From a virus: a stretch of DNA of 64,000 nucleotides. The DNA lies in IMG/VR virus record IMGVR_UViG_3300042882_001046, positions 1 to 64,000 of that record; one strand, 5' to 3'. The notes under the pieces are model-generated. The model searched no databases. It was not told the DNA's origin and worked only from the letters and a program-made list of their open reading frames with translations. This document shows, in pieces, positions 49,491-58,523 of the stretch (its first letter is position 1; every line of letters begins with the position of its first letter). A program made the translations under genes and the position numbers.

Positions 49491-50309
49491 TTATTTTTTC
49501 AATAGGTTTAAAATTACGTCAATCACTTTATCCTTAGCGTCTTCAGGAGAAATCTTTCCTGCCTTAGGTGCTGGGTTTACTCCAGGGTTTGGATTTTGAC
49601 CAGGATGTTTTGGTCTTGGTCTTGTACCTGGTTTTGTAGTTGGTTTTGTTGCTGGTTTTGTTGGTGCCGTAGCAGGACCTTGTTCAGACAAATGTCTTAT
49701 CAAATCACCCTTGGTGATTCTTGGAGGTAAGTTTTTTTCTACTATTTTCATAATTTGAGATTCAATAAACAAAGATACAGGATTTTTTCCTTCTCCCAAC
49801 TGTTTTTTTACTTCTTTTACACATCTTTCCCATTTTCTAGATTTTTTTGGTCCAACTTGGGAATGACAAATAGCCCATGGGTTTGGTTTGTTTTTCTTTG
49901 CTTCAGACATTCCCATCATATTTCTGTTATCATCCGAATCATCATCCATTCCATCAGGTGCCATATCATTAGCATCATGAGGGGCTTCTTGACCTGTAAG
50001 ATTTTGTAGTGCGTCTGCACCTAAAGCGTTTTTGTCTGTAACATCATCTGTTTCAGTTTCTTTCATTTCACCCTCTTCCGCAGTAACCATAACTTCTTTT
50101 GTGTTAGGGTCTTGTGAAACAACAACATTACCTATTTTACCACCTTTAGGTCCTACTTTATAAGTTTTTTTAGCGGGTATTTCAGTAACTTGTTCTGATA
50201 TGAACAATTTTGTGTGAAGAGTTTCGACTTGTGATTCTGTTAACTTACTAACAGTTTTTGATGACAATCCCTTTTCAATTAACTCAAGGGCTTTTTTATT
50301 AATTTTCAT
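49491..50309 (-). CDS. Hypothetical protein
   Basis: Contains NPWAICHSQVG..KWERCVKEVK and a Lys/Pro/Thr linker. Confidence 0.75.
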   Translation of the reverse strand: MKINKKALELIEKGLSSKTVSKLTESQVETLHTKLFISEQVTEIPAKKTYKVGPKGGKIGNVVVSQDPNTKEVMVTAEEGEMKETETDDVTDKNALGADALQNLTGQEAPHDANDMAPDGMDDDSDDNRNMMGMSEAKKNKPNPWAICHSQVGPKKSRKWERCVKEVKKQLGEGKNPVSLFIESQIMKIVEKNLPPRITKGDLIRHLSEQGPATAPTKPATKPTTKPGTRPRPKHPGQNPNPGVNPAPKAGKISPEDAKDKVIDVILNLLKK

Positions 50310-50694
50310 ATACTACTTTCTTTTCGAATTCTAATATCAAATCTCTCTCGTAGAGTTTGTCTTTTATTTCTTGTTCTGACATTCCGAATCTAAAAACCAT
50401 TCTTTTTTGATTTTCTAATTCTTCTGTTTCCCAGGCTAATGCAACAACATCATCCATCGCATCTATCATACAAAAAAAATCGGAGTTCTGAATCAATTCC
50501 AATTTTACATCAGTATTCCTCAGAACTCCTACCTTTTTGATATATTGTATTTCAGGAGGACTAGGATAACCGTTTGACGGTTTACTTTCCCAAGAATCTC
50601 CCCACACATCAAGACTATTAGAGAAAATGAACTCGTAAAGATTGTCCCCTTTATAATTGGGTCCTAAACCATTTACGTATATCAATTGACTCAT
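50299..50694 (-). CDS. Hypothetical protein
   Basis: 131-aa coupled ORF. Confidence 0.7.
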   Translation of the reverse strand: MSQLIYVNGLGPNYKGDNLYEFIFSNSLDVWGDSWESKPSNGYPSPPEIQYIKKVGVLRNTDVKLELIQNSDFFCMIDAMDDVVALAWETEELENQKRMVFRFGMSEQEIKDKLYERDLILEFEKKVVYEN

Positions 50695-51914
50695 ACTAAT
50701 AATCCTTCAGGTGATATTTTTACTTCTTTTCCTTTATTTTCAAACACCAAATTTTTCTTGTTAGTTTTTCCAACAATTTTAGCTGAGATGTTTTCTTCTA
50801 AAAATTTTTGAGCCGCTAATTCTTGTTCAACTGTTTCAGTAAGTTTGATAACGGATTTCATTTGTTTTCTAACTTCAGAAACAACCGCAAGTTTTTTATT
50901 AGCATACTTTTCTTTGTTTTCAAGAATTTCTTTTTTAGTTAATTCAAAATATTTTGAAATTACTTTATCTACTGGTGATTCCGAAAAAATACTGTCAATA
51001 ATTGCCCCGTTTCCGTAATCTTCTTCATCCATTTCACTTTCAACTGGAATATCCATATCCGCTTGGATGTCTTCAACTTCAGTATCATCTGTAAAATCCT
51101 CTCCATCCATATCATCACCACCTAAATCTTCAGCATCTTCTTCAAATTTTGCTAAGATGTCTTCTTTGTCTTCTTCAGATAAAATTTTAAGGTCTAATGC
51201 AGATATCACCATGTTGATAACATACTTCACATCTTCAGATGTCATACCTTCTTGGTTATCTAAAGTTCTGATTTTTTGGGTTAACTTTCCTGTAAGTTTT
51301 TGAATCGTTCTAAAAGTTACTGTTTCTTCTCCGTCCATTTCAGGTGCTTCAATATCCATTTCCGCATCAACTTCAACATCTCCTTCAGGTCCCATGTCTT
51401 CCATACCCATATCTAAATTCATTTCATCTTCTCCCGAAGGCATTTCTGCATTAGGTGATGGTGGTAAAGATGGTGCAGGTACCGCTGGTGGTGCCGCAGG
51501 AACTTCAGCCATTGGAGCTGGTTCCGCCTTAGGTTTAGGAGTTTTTAAGACAAACTTTTTTTGTTCTCCAAATAAAGAAATACCTTCTTCATTTTCATTA
51601 AGTCTGTTTAATTCTCCAGCAACTAAATTTAATCTTTTGAATGCTTGAGAATATGAAGAATAGTATTTTCTATTTTTCATTGGCTCAATGTACTCAGTTT
51701 CAGATTCGGAAATAGTTTTTTTAATAATATATCCTTGTCTTTCTTTAACAATTTCATATTTGTTGCCGTCTGCAAGACCGATAGAATATTCAGTTTTGGC
51801 AGTTTCATTTATATTCGATGGAACTACTTCGTTAAAACGTGCAATTTCCATGATTCTTTTTAATTTATCTTGGCCAGTTAATTTTTCACTACCAATTGGT
51901 TTTAAATCTCCCAT
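50691..51914 (-). CDS. Hypothetical acidic/Pro-rich protein
   Basis: 407-aa ORF. Confidence 0.75.
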   Translation of the reverse strand: MGDLKPIGSEKLTGQDKLKRIMEIARFNEVVPSNINETAKTEYSIGLADGNKYEIVKERQGYIIKKTISESETEYIEPMKNRKYYSSYSQAFKRLNLVAGELNRLNENEEGISLFGEQKKFVLKTPKPKAEPAPMAEVPAAPPAVPAPSLPPSPNAEMPSGEDEMNLDMGMEDMGPEGDVEVDAEMDIEAPEMDGEETVTFRTIQKLTGKLTQKIRTLDNQEGMTSEDVKYVINMVISALDLKILSEEDKEDILAKFEEDAEDLGGDDMDGEDFTDDTEVEDIQADMDIPVESEMDEEDYGNGAIIDSIFSESPVDKVISKYFELTKKEILENKEKYANKKLAVVSEVRKQMKSVIKLTETVEQELAAQKFLEENISAKIVGKTNKKNLVFENKGKEVKISPEGLLV

Positions 51915-51937
51915 ATTACGATTTATTTATTTTTACT

Positions 51938-52690
51938 TTAGTTGTTTAATCCTTGGAATCCTCCTAAAGATATTGCGTTTAGTTGGACAATAACCTCATC
52001 ACCATCTTCACTTGTCATAACTGAATATGGTACTGTAGAACCAGATGGTGCAGTACCTCCACTAAATGACCCTAACATACCAATAGTGTATTGATATTGT
52101 TGGTTTACTTCAATAACAAATCCAATAGTTACACTTGGAGTTGGTGTAGATGTTGGTGTAGATGCTGGAGTTCCAGTTGGTGTTGGTGTTACTCCCGCAG
52201 TTCCTGTTGGAGACGCGGTAATACTTGGTGTTGGTGTTTTAGTTGCCGTGTTTGTTGGCGTTTGAGTTTGAGTATTTGTTACACTTGGTGTTGGTGTATT
52301 TGTTGTGGTTGCCGTGTTTGTTGGCGTTTGAGTGTTAGTTGCGGTATTTGTTGGCGTTTGAGTATTAGTTGGTGTAGGTGTTGGTGTTTTAGTTGCCGTA
52401 TTAGTTGGTGTTTGTGTTTGAGTTGTAGTAGGTGTTGGTGTTGAAGTGTTAGACGCTGTTGGGGTTGGAGTTACGTCTCCTAAACATTCAATACAAGTAT
52501 TCCATGGTCCATTAAATATTGTTGCCGTAAAGGCCAATGGAGTATCAAATCCAGGTGCAATTGTATAACAACCGTTGGCACCAGGAATTACAAGGTCATA
52601 AATTTTTCCCTCTATTAAGTCTGTTTCTATCTTTATGTAATAGTTCGTAGACGAACTACACGAAGAAGCTATATAATAATTAAGCGCCAT
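51938..52690 (-). CDS. Thr/Pro-rich (mucin-like) protein with Cys-containing N-domain
   Basis: WNTCIECLG followed by about 110 aa of [12 protein letters not shown]; TATTTAT at 52705-52711. Confidence 0.8.
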   Translation of the reverse strand: MALNYYIASSCSSSTNYYIKIETDLIEGKIYDLVIPGANGCYTIAPGFDTPLAFTATIFNGPWNTCIECLGDVTPTPTASNTSTPTPTTTQTQTPTNTATKTPTPTPTNTQTPTNTATNTQTPTNTATTTNTPTPSVTNTQTQTPTNTATKTPTPSITASPTGTAGVTPTPTGTPASTPTSTPTPSVTIGFVIEVNQQYQYTIGMLGSFSGGTAPSGSTVPYSVMTSEDGDEVIVQLNAISLGGFQGLNN

Positions 52691-52745
52691 CTAATTTTTT
52701 CTTTATAAATATACGATTATTCACATTTATTTAAAGTAATGAAGG

Positions 52746-53489
52746 TTACTCTTCTATTTTTCTCTCAACAGACAATTCTTTATCCAAGGCTTTATTTGAA
52801 CTATCAAACAATCTTTGAATATGTTCTGACCTTCTTAAGAATTTAAAAACCAAATTTTCATACGAAAGTTCTCCTTCTTTTTCTAATCCAGATTTTCTAT
52901 AATCTTTCAATTTTTCTTTAATGGAATCGATTAGTTTTTGATTATCTTCAGATTCTTCCGAATCTAAAACCTTGTCAATTTTTTCGGTCCAGTTTTTAAT
53001 TTTCTTTTCAAGAACTGATTTATCTATTTCGTTTTTAAACTTTTTTGGGTTTGTAACCCACTCATCATTCATTACTGAATAAACTCCTGTGGCAAAATGA
53101 GGTTCCTCATTGTCTTGAGCATATAACTCAACATCATATCCGTAAATCTTGATGTCGTGTTTATCATTAAAAACTTGTTTTTTTAAATTATATAATTCTT
53201 TATACAATGGAGCCTCATCTTCATATTGTTGTAAGTCAACAATGATGTGTAAATCAAAATCCGAAAACTCGGACCAGTTAAAATTGGCCAAAGAACCTGT
53301 TAAAACAATGTCCTCAACAAATACATCCTCACCTAAATAATTAATAAATTCTTCGGAAATTCGCATAAGAGCTTTCCTAACTTTAGGAACCATTGTTGCC
53401 TTTTCGGGGTCATTAGGATTTTCCCAAACTTTAGGGTTTAATGTTTTTTTTACCAAAAAACTATTAAGAATTTGTTGGAATTTACTCAT
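52746..53489 (-). CDS. Pol-beta-superfamily nucleotidyltransferase
   Basis: LTGSLANFNWSEFSDFDLHIIVD..DVELYAQD; TATTTAT 4 nt before ATG (53494-53500). Confidence 0.75.
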   Translation of the reverse strand: MSKFQQILNSFLVKKTLNPKVWENPNDPEKATMVPKVRKALMRISEEFINYLGEDVFVEDIVLTGSLANFNWSEFSDFDLHIIVDLQQYEDEAPLYKELYNLKKQVFNDKHDIKIYGYDVELYAQDNEEPHFATGVYSVMNDEWVTNPKKFKNEIDKSVLEKKIKNWTEKIDKVLDSEESEDNQKLIDSIKEKLKDYRKSGLEKEGELSYENLVFKFLRRSEHIQRLFDSSNKALDKELSVERKIEE

Positions 53490-53500
53490 TTATATAAATA

Positions 53501-53740
53501 CTATAGTTTTTTGTACTTAAACGCTTTTGAAATATCGGTGGTAAAGAATTTACCTTGAGATTCCGCCATTCTGAATTTGGTATAAATTTGGTGAGGTACT
53601 TCATCATATTCATACTTAAATCCGTTATTGAATTCAACAACAAGTTTTTTTGTCTCGGTGTCGTATTCGCTTTTTTTAATGTTTGAAGATTTTATCTCGT
53701 TAATAATCTTCGTTCCCTGAATCGTCTCTTTTACTATCAT
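53501..53740 (-). CDS. KTSC-domain protein
   Basis: SSNIKKSEYD..LVVEFNNG..YEYDEVP..AESQGKFF. Confidence 0.88.
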   Translation of the reverse strand: MIVKETIQGTKIINEIKSSNIKKSEYDTETKKLVVEFNNGFKYEYDEVPHQIYTKFRMAESQGKFFTTDISKAFKYKKL

Positions 53741-54041
53741 ATAATTTCCAATCTTTGAGCGGCGTTAATTCATTTATTTTTTGAAGAAGTGGCATTACAT
53801 AATCCTGTACTTCTTTTTTAGTTGCATCGAATCCGTAATCTTTAACCGATGCAATGACTTTATTTAGTTTGTTTTGGAATCTTTCTTGTAAGTTCATCAT
53901 TTTCATCGTGTAAGTTGGAGGACTTTCTAAATCTGATTCACTAAATCCTAATTCTTGTAAATGTTGTCTAAGCTCCAAATATATGTCTAAAAGCTCTCTT
54001 AGTATAGACGCAGTTGCCAAAAATTTCTCAAACGGTTTCAT
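53700..54041 (-). CDS. Hypothetical protein
   Basis: Likely start MKPFEKF at 54041, 5 nt after TATTTAT (54047-54053). Confidence 0.65.
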   Translation of the reverse strand: MKPFEKFLATASILRELLDIYLELRQHLQELGFSESDLESPPTYTMKMMNLQERFQNKLNKVIASVKDYGFDATKKEVQDYVMPLLQKINELTPLKDWKLYDSKRDDSGNEDY

Positions 54042-54052
54042 ATTTAATAAAT

Positions 54053-54628
54053 ATGGACTACACCGATACTTTTCTATTACACGGTAAAATTGATGTTGAC
54101 CCAATCATAAAAATCATTACTGATAATAATTTGGATTGGGATGAATACACCGAAAGACAAAATAAATGGGGTACAGAACATCTATACACCAAAACAATAC
54201 CAATAATTTTTGACAAGTCTTTTAATTTTAATCATTTAAAAATTATTCCAACCGAAAATTATCCATTGTTTATTGACGAAATTTCAAAAATAGAAGAACA
54301 AATTAAATCAAACACAGGTGAAAGCGGAAAAATTATGAGAGCCCTATTGGTTAAATTAACGGCAGGTAAATTAATTAGACCTCACGTTGATACCGTAGGG
54401 TTTAGTTTAGTTGTTTGTAGAAGAATCCATATTCCAATTCAAACTAATGATGAATGTTTCTTTACTGTCGGTGATGATAAAAGAAATTTAAAGATTGGTG
54501 AAATGTGGGAAATCAACAACGACAAAAAAATGCACTCGGTTGAAAATTTTGGAAGTACTGACAGAATACATTTGATTGTAGATTGGGTTGAGGAATCATT
54601 ATTTGAAAAATATGATAGACAAAACTAA
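54053..54628 (+). CDS. Asp/Asn beta-hydroxylase-like 2OG-Fe(II) oxygenase
   Basis: IRPHVD..RIHIP..HSVENFGSTDRIHLIVD; likely ATG at 54053. Confidence 0.85.
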   Translation: MDYTDTFLLHGKIDVDPIIKIITDNNLDWDEYTERQNKWGTEHLYTKTIPIIFDKSFNFNHLKIIPTENYPLFIDEISKIEEQIKSNTGESGKIMRALLVKLTAGKLIRPHVDTVGFSLVVCRRIHIPIQTNDECFFTVGDDKRNLKIGEMWEINNDKKMHSVENFGSTDRIHLIVDWVEESLFEKYDRQN

Positions 54629-55277
54629 AAAACTTATTGTTTTGATGCCGCCCAAAACCGCATCAAATTCTATACGAGTCTTATTGGAGCAACATGGTTA
54701 CTTTTTTTCTAAAGACTCTAAAAAAACAAATTACCCCCAAATACATTTAAGGTTAAGTGAAATTGTGGATTTCTACAATATCAATAATTTAGACGAATAT
54801 AGAATAATACAAATTACCAGAAACCCATATCATCGGTACGTCTCGTCTTTTTACTTTCAAAAAAAAATTATCCCTCAAAACTTCTCTGTTAAATTTAAAG
54901 ATTATACTTTAGAACAATTTTCAAACCATTTATTGGAATCAAAAAAAACAAATAATTTTATTGATAATTTTTATGGTGATTCGTCATTTGTTAATCACAC
55001 AATTAATAATGGTATTAGTTGGGGTGGGACCAGATTTTATGATAAACAATTTGATTGGAATGATTTGGGGATGGACGTAAAATATTTTAAGTTAGAAAAC
55101 ATAATTGATGATATAAGTGAATTAGAAAATTTTTTAAATCTACCTATTAAAACTTTACCATTAATAAATTCACAAGGATTGAATGTTGATTATCTATCTT
55201 TAATAACACCAAAAATTCAAGATATTATTATTGAATTATTTGGAGAAGATTTTGATAAACTTAACTACTCAAAATAA
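54612..55277 (+). CDS. Sulfotransferase family 2 protein
   Basis: PKTASNSIR (5'-PSB) and RNPYHRYVSSF (3'-PB); likely ATG at 54612. Confidence 0.8.
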   Translation: MIDKTKKLIVLMPPKTASNSIRVLLEQHGYFFSKDSKKTNYPQIHLRLSEIVDFYNINNLDEYRIIQITRNPYHRYVSSFYFQKKIIPQNFSVKFKDYTLEQFSNHLLESKKTNNFIDNFYGDSSFVNHTINNGISWGGTRFYDKQFDWNDLGMDVKYFKLENIIDDISELENFLNLPIKTLPLINSQGLNVDYLSLITPKIQDIIIELFGEDFDKLNYSK

Positions 55278-55302
55278 AAAACCCCCGATATGTCGAGGGT
55301 TT
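55278..55302. terminator. Hairpin between convergent genes
   Basis: AAACCCCCGA-tatg-TCGAGGGTTT, one mismatch. Confidence 0.7.
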
Positions 55303-55306
55303 AATT

Positions 55307-55687
55307 TTACTTTTTCAAGTTTTTAATTTGGTCTCTAAGCTCAATTGATTTTTCAAACTCTTGGTTTTCAATTGACTTCTTTAATTCCAATTCAAGTTTC
55401 TCAATAGATTTTTGATTTTTTTCAAAGCCTTTGATTTGGTCTCTAAGTTTAACTGCCGATTCAAAATCTTCGTTCTCAATTGCTCTTTCAAGTTGATACT
55501 TTAAAGATTCTAATCCTCCTGTTTCTTTAGATGAGTCTCCTCCTCTATAATAAGTTGTTACTTTTATTGTACCATCATCAGATACTCTACTTTGCGATTT
55601 CCATTCCCCTTGGGTTAAATCAAAATGAGAGAACATTTCATCAAACGCTCTAAAGATGTCATTGTAGTTTTTTCTGTTTCCAAACAT
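55307..55687 (-). CDS. Tandem UVR (UvrB/UvrC motif) protein
   Basis: LERAIENEDFESAVKLRDQIK and LKKSIENQEFEKSIELRDQIK. Confidence 0.85.
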   Translation of the reverse strand: MFGNRKNYNDIFRAFDEMFSHFDLTQGEWKSQSRVSDDGTIKVTTYYRGGDSSKETGGLESLKYQLERAIENEDFESAVKLRDQIKGFEKNQKSIEKLELELKKSIENQEFEKSIELRDQIKNLKK

Positions 55688-55759
55688 AATTTTATTTTTT
55701 TAATTCAGATTTATTAATTACCTTTGTGGTATTCAAATAATATACCAACTGAATCTTAA

Positions 55760-55803
55760 TGTCAAGATGTCAGGTAAAATAATTATAACCTGACAATTTG
55801 TCA
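55760..55803. promoter_or_regulatory. Operator-like array of TGTCA/TGACA half-sites
   Basis: TGTCA-aga-TGTCA; inverted repeat TGTCAGGT-N12-ACCTGACA; TGACA-att-TGTCA. Confidence 0.5.
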
Positions 55804-55857
55804 AAAGATTTGGAGAAGTCCAATATTTGATATTACTTTGTAAAAAATTAGAAACAT

Positions 55858-57873
55858 ATGAACGACTTAATGGACGATGACGACAAAATGATGAGTAAGA
55901 AACAGAAATCGACTGGCGACAGTACGACTCCTGTGTTAGACAACTTCAGTCGAGATTTGAATAAACTTGCTGAGGAAGGTAAATTGGACCCTGTCATTGG
56001 ACGTGACAGAGAGATTTTGAGAATAGCTCAAATTTTATCTCGTAGAAAAAAGAACAACCCAATCATCGTTGGTGAACCTGGTTGTGGTAAGACCGCAATT
56101 GTGGAAGGTTTGGCGATGAAGATTGTTAGTGGTGAATGTCCACGTAATCTTTTGGATAAACGTTTAGTCAATCTTGACTTAACTTCTGTTGTTGCTGGTA
56201 CAAAATACCGTGGACAATTTGAAGAGAGAATGAAGGTAATTATCGAAGAACTTCAAGCAAATCCTAACATCATTGTATTCATTGATGAAATCCATACTCT
56301 TGTAGGTTCTGGTAATTCTGCAGGTTCTATGGATGGTTCAAACATTTTTAAACCCGCACTTGCTCGTGGTGAAGTCCAAGTAATTGGTGCCACCACATTG
56401 GATGAGTTCCGTAAGAATATTGAAAAAGACGGAGCGTTAGAACGTAGGTTTCAAAAAGTTGTGGTTGAACCTTCAACTGTTGTTGAGACAATTCAAATCT
56501 TGAAAAACGTTCGCGACAAATATGAGTCTTATCATAAAGTCACGTATTCTGACGAGGTTATTGAAACTTGTGTTAAGTTGGCAGACCGTTATATCACGGA
56601 CCGTGAGTTCCCTGATAAAGCATTTGACATCTTAGATGAAGTTGGAGCTCGTATGCAAACAGAACTTAAAGTTCCTGAAGTTGTTGAAGAGTTAAAACGT
56701 AAAGCGGCTGAAATCAAACAACAAAAAATTGATGTTGTTAAGAAACAAAACTACGAACAAGCTGCTCAGTTAAGAGACAAAGAGAAAAAGGTATTGGATA
56801 AATTGGAGGATGAAAAACGTAAGTTTGAAGAACAGATGTCAAAAGACAAACAAAAAGTTACATTAGAGGATGTGTACGATGTTGTTTCAAACATGACCAA
56901 AATTCCTGTAAACAAAATGTCTGTTGATGATACCAAAGCTTTGTTGAACTTGGATAAACACATTGTTGGTACCGTAATCGGTCAGGACGCCGCTGTTATT
57001 AAAGTGGCTAAATCTATCAAAAGAAATAGATTGGGTATTAAAGACCCGAACCGTCCGATTGGTTCATTTGTGTTCCTTGGTTCAACAGGTGTTGGTAAAA
57101 CTCACTTGGCAAAACAATTGGCTAAGGAAATGTTTGGTAGCGAAGATTCATTAATTCGTGTGGATATGTCCGAGTACCAAGAGAAACACACCGTATCTAA
57201 ATTGGTTGGAGCCCCTCCAGGTTATGTTGGATACGAAGAAGGTGGATTGTTAACTGAAAAAGTTAAAAACAAACCATATTCAGTGATTTTATTTGATGAG
57301 GTTGAAAAAGCTCACAAAGATGTATTCACAGTATTACTACAAATCTTGGACGATGGTCACGTTACAGATAGTTTAGGTAGAAAGATTAACTTCAAAAATA
57401 CCTTAATTATCTTAACCTCAAACCTTGGGGTTAAAAAATTACAGGACTTTGGAACGGGTATTGGATTCGGTACAAACTCTTACAGTAATGAAGAGGCAAA
57501 AAAAGACATTTTGATGAAAGAGATGAAGAACTTCTTCTCTCCTGAGTTTATCAACCGTATTGACGATACTATTGTTTTTAACTCACTTTCTCAAGAAGAT
57601 ATCAAAAAGATTACGGATATCGAACTTAAAAAATTGATGAAACGTCTTGAAGATATGAAGTACAAGATTAATTATGACGATAGTTTAGTTGAGTACATTG
57701 CAAAAATTGGATATGATGAAAGTTATGGGGCAAGACCTATGAAAAGAGCAATCCAAGACAAAGTGGAGGACTTACTATCCGAAGAAGTTCTAACCGACAA
57801 AATTGTGGAAGGTAAATCTTACGTGATTAAGGTTGAGGACGAAACGGTAAAGGTCGTTAAAAAAGGACGATAA
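55858..57873 (+). CDS. clpC: ClpC-type AAA+ unfoldase lacking the N-terminal Clp-repeat domain
   Basis: Walker A GEPGCGKT and GSTGVGKT, UVR-type M-domain (QNYEQAAQLRD), ClpP-docking GIGF loop; 671 aa starting just before NBD1. Confidence 0.92.
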   Translation: MNDLMDDDDKMMSKKQKSTGDSTTPVLDNFSRDLNKLAEEGKLDPVIGRDREILRIAQILSRRKKNNPIIVGEPGCGKTAIVEGLAMKIVSGECPRNLLDKRLVNLDLTSVVAGTKYRGQFEERMKVIIEELQANPNIIVFIDEIHTLVGSGNSAGSMDGSNIFKPALARGEVQVIGATTLDEFRKNIEKDGALERRFQKVVVEPSTVVETIQILKNVRDKYESYHKVTYSDEVIETCVKLADRYITDREFPDKAFDILDEVGARMQTELKVPEVVEELKRKAAEIKQQKIDVVKKQNYEQAAQLRDKEKKVLDKLEDEKRKFEEQMSKDKQKVTLEDVYDVVSNMTKIPVNKMSVDDTKALLNLDKHIVGTVIGQDAAVIKVAKSIKRNRLGIKDPNRPIGSFVFLGSTGVGKTHLAKQLAKEMFGSEDSLIRVDMSEYQEKHTVSKLVGAPPGYVGYEEGGLLTEKVKNKPYSVILFDEVEKAHKDVFTVLLQILDDGHVTDSLGRKINFKNTLIILTSNLGVKKLQDFGTGIGFGTNSYSNEEAKKDILMKEMKNFFSPEFINRIDDTIVFNSLSQEDIKKITDIELKKLMKRLEDMKYKINYDDSLVEYIAKIGYDESYGARPMKRAIQDKVEDLLSEEVLTDKIVEGKSYVIKVEDETVKVVKKGR

Positions 57874-57874
57874 T

Positions 57875-57900
57875 AAAAAGGGGGATTATTCCCCCTTTTT
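57875..57900 (+). terminator. Intrinsic terminator after clpC
   Basis: AAAAAGGGGGA-ttat-TCCCCCTTTTT. Confidence 0.9.
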
Positions 57901-57903
57901 TTG

Positions 57904-57910
57904 TATTTAT
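57904..57910 (+). promoter_or_regulatory. TATTTAT motif 4 nt before ATG 57915
   Basis: GTATTTATAATC-ATG. Confidence 0.65.
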
Positions 57911-57914
57911 AATC

Positions 57915-58523
57915 ATGAGTAATTTTTCAAAACTATTAGACCATTTTAGACAAAGTTTCCCAGACGAATTAAAGTCCAAGGTTGACGTTATTGAAAAATT
58001 TGTTGTTAACTATATTAAAAAACACAACATTACAGTTAAGTTTTTAAATTCGTGTGGTACTGGTTTTAGTGGGGTTAGAACAAGAGACCAAGTAATTATT
58101 TGCTCACCAGCAAACATGAGAACTATCGGTGATTTTTTATACACCATATTTCATGAAATTCGGCACGAACAACAAGTTAGGGATATAAAAATGGATAACC
58201 CACTTACTGATTACGATTTAGAAGATTTTGAAAAATTATATCAGCAATATTGGGAAATGGAGTTGGATGCCGACCAGTTTGCAAAAAATATGATTGCTAA
58301 ATTAGTTATTAAATTAAACATACCCATTTGGTTTGCAAAAGGTCAATTCGGACTATCTTATTATATTGAACAATATCCTTCTATGTCAAAATCAGTTGAG
58401 ATGTCTTTGAGGTCAATTGTGTCAACAATTCAACACCTAAAAAAATCGGGGGCCGAGTATGAAGACATACAAGACCACCCGATGGTTAAAAGGTTTATAG
58501 ATAAGTTAGAAAATTTTATCTAA
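57915..58523 (+). CDS. HExxH metallopeptidase-like protein (ImmA/IrrE-like)
   Basis: FHEIRH plus downstream ELDADQFA. Confidence 0.6.
   Translation: MSNFSKLLDHFRQSFPDELKSKVDVIEKFVVNYIKKHNITVKFLNSCGTGFSGVRTRDQVIICSPANMRTIGDFLYTIFHEIRHEQQVRDIKMDNPLTDYDLEDFEKLYQQYWEMELDADQFAKNMIAKLVIKLNIPIWFAKGQFGLSYYIEQYPSMSKSVEMSLRSIVSTIQHLKKSGAEYEDIQDHPMVKRFIDKLENFI

Noticed and set aside
52091-52444. Cys/Trp-rich ORF (WCWC repeats)
   Set aside because: Antisense translation of the Thr/Pro repeat.
55809-55840. Host-type promoter for clpC (TTTG..TTACTTTG)
   Set aside because: The -7 box misses the conserved TA; an exact TACCTTTG at 55719-55726 is an alternative, so it was not called.
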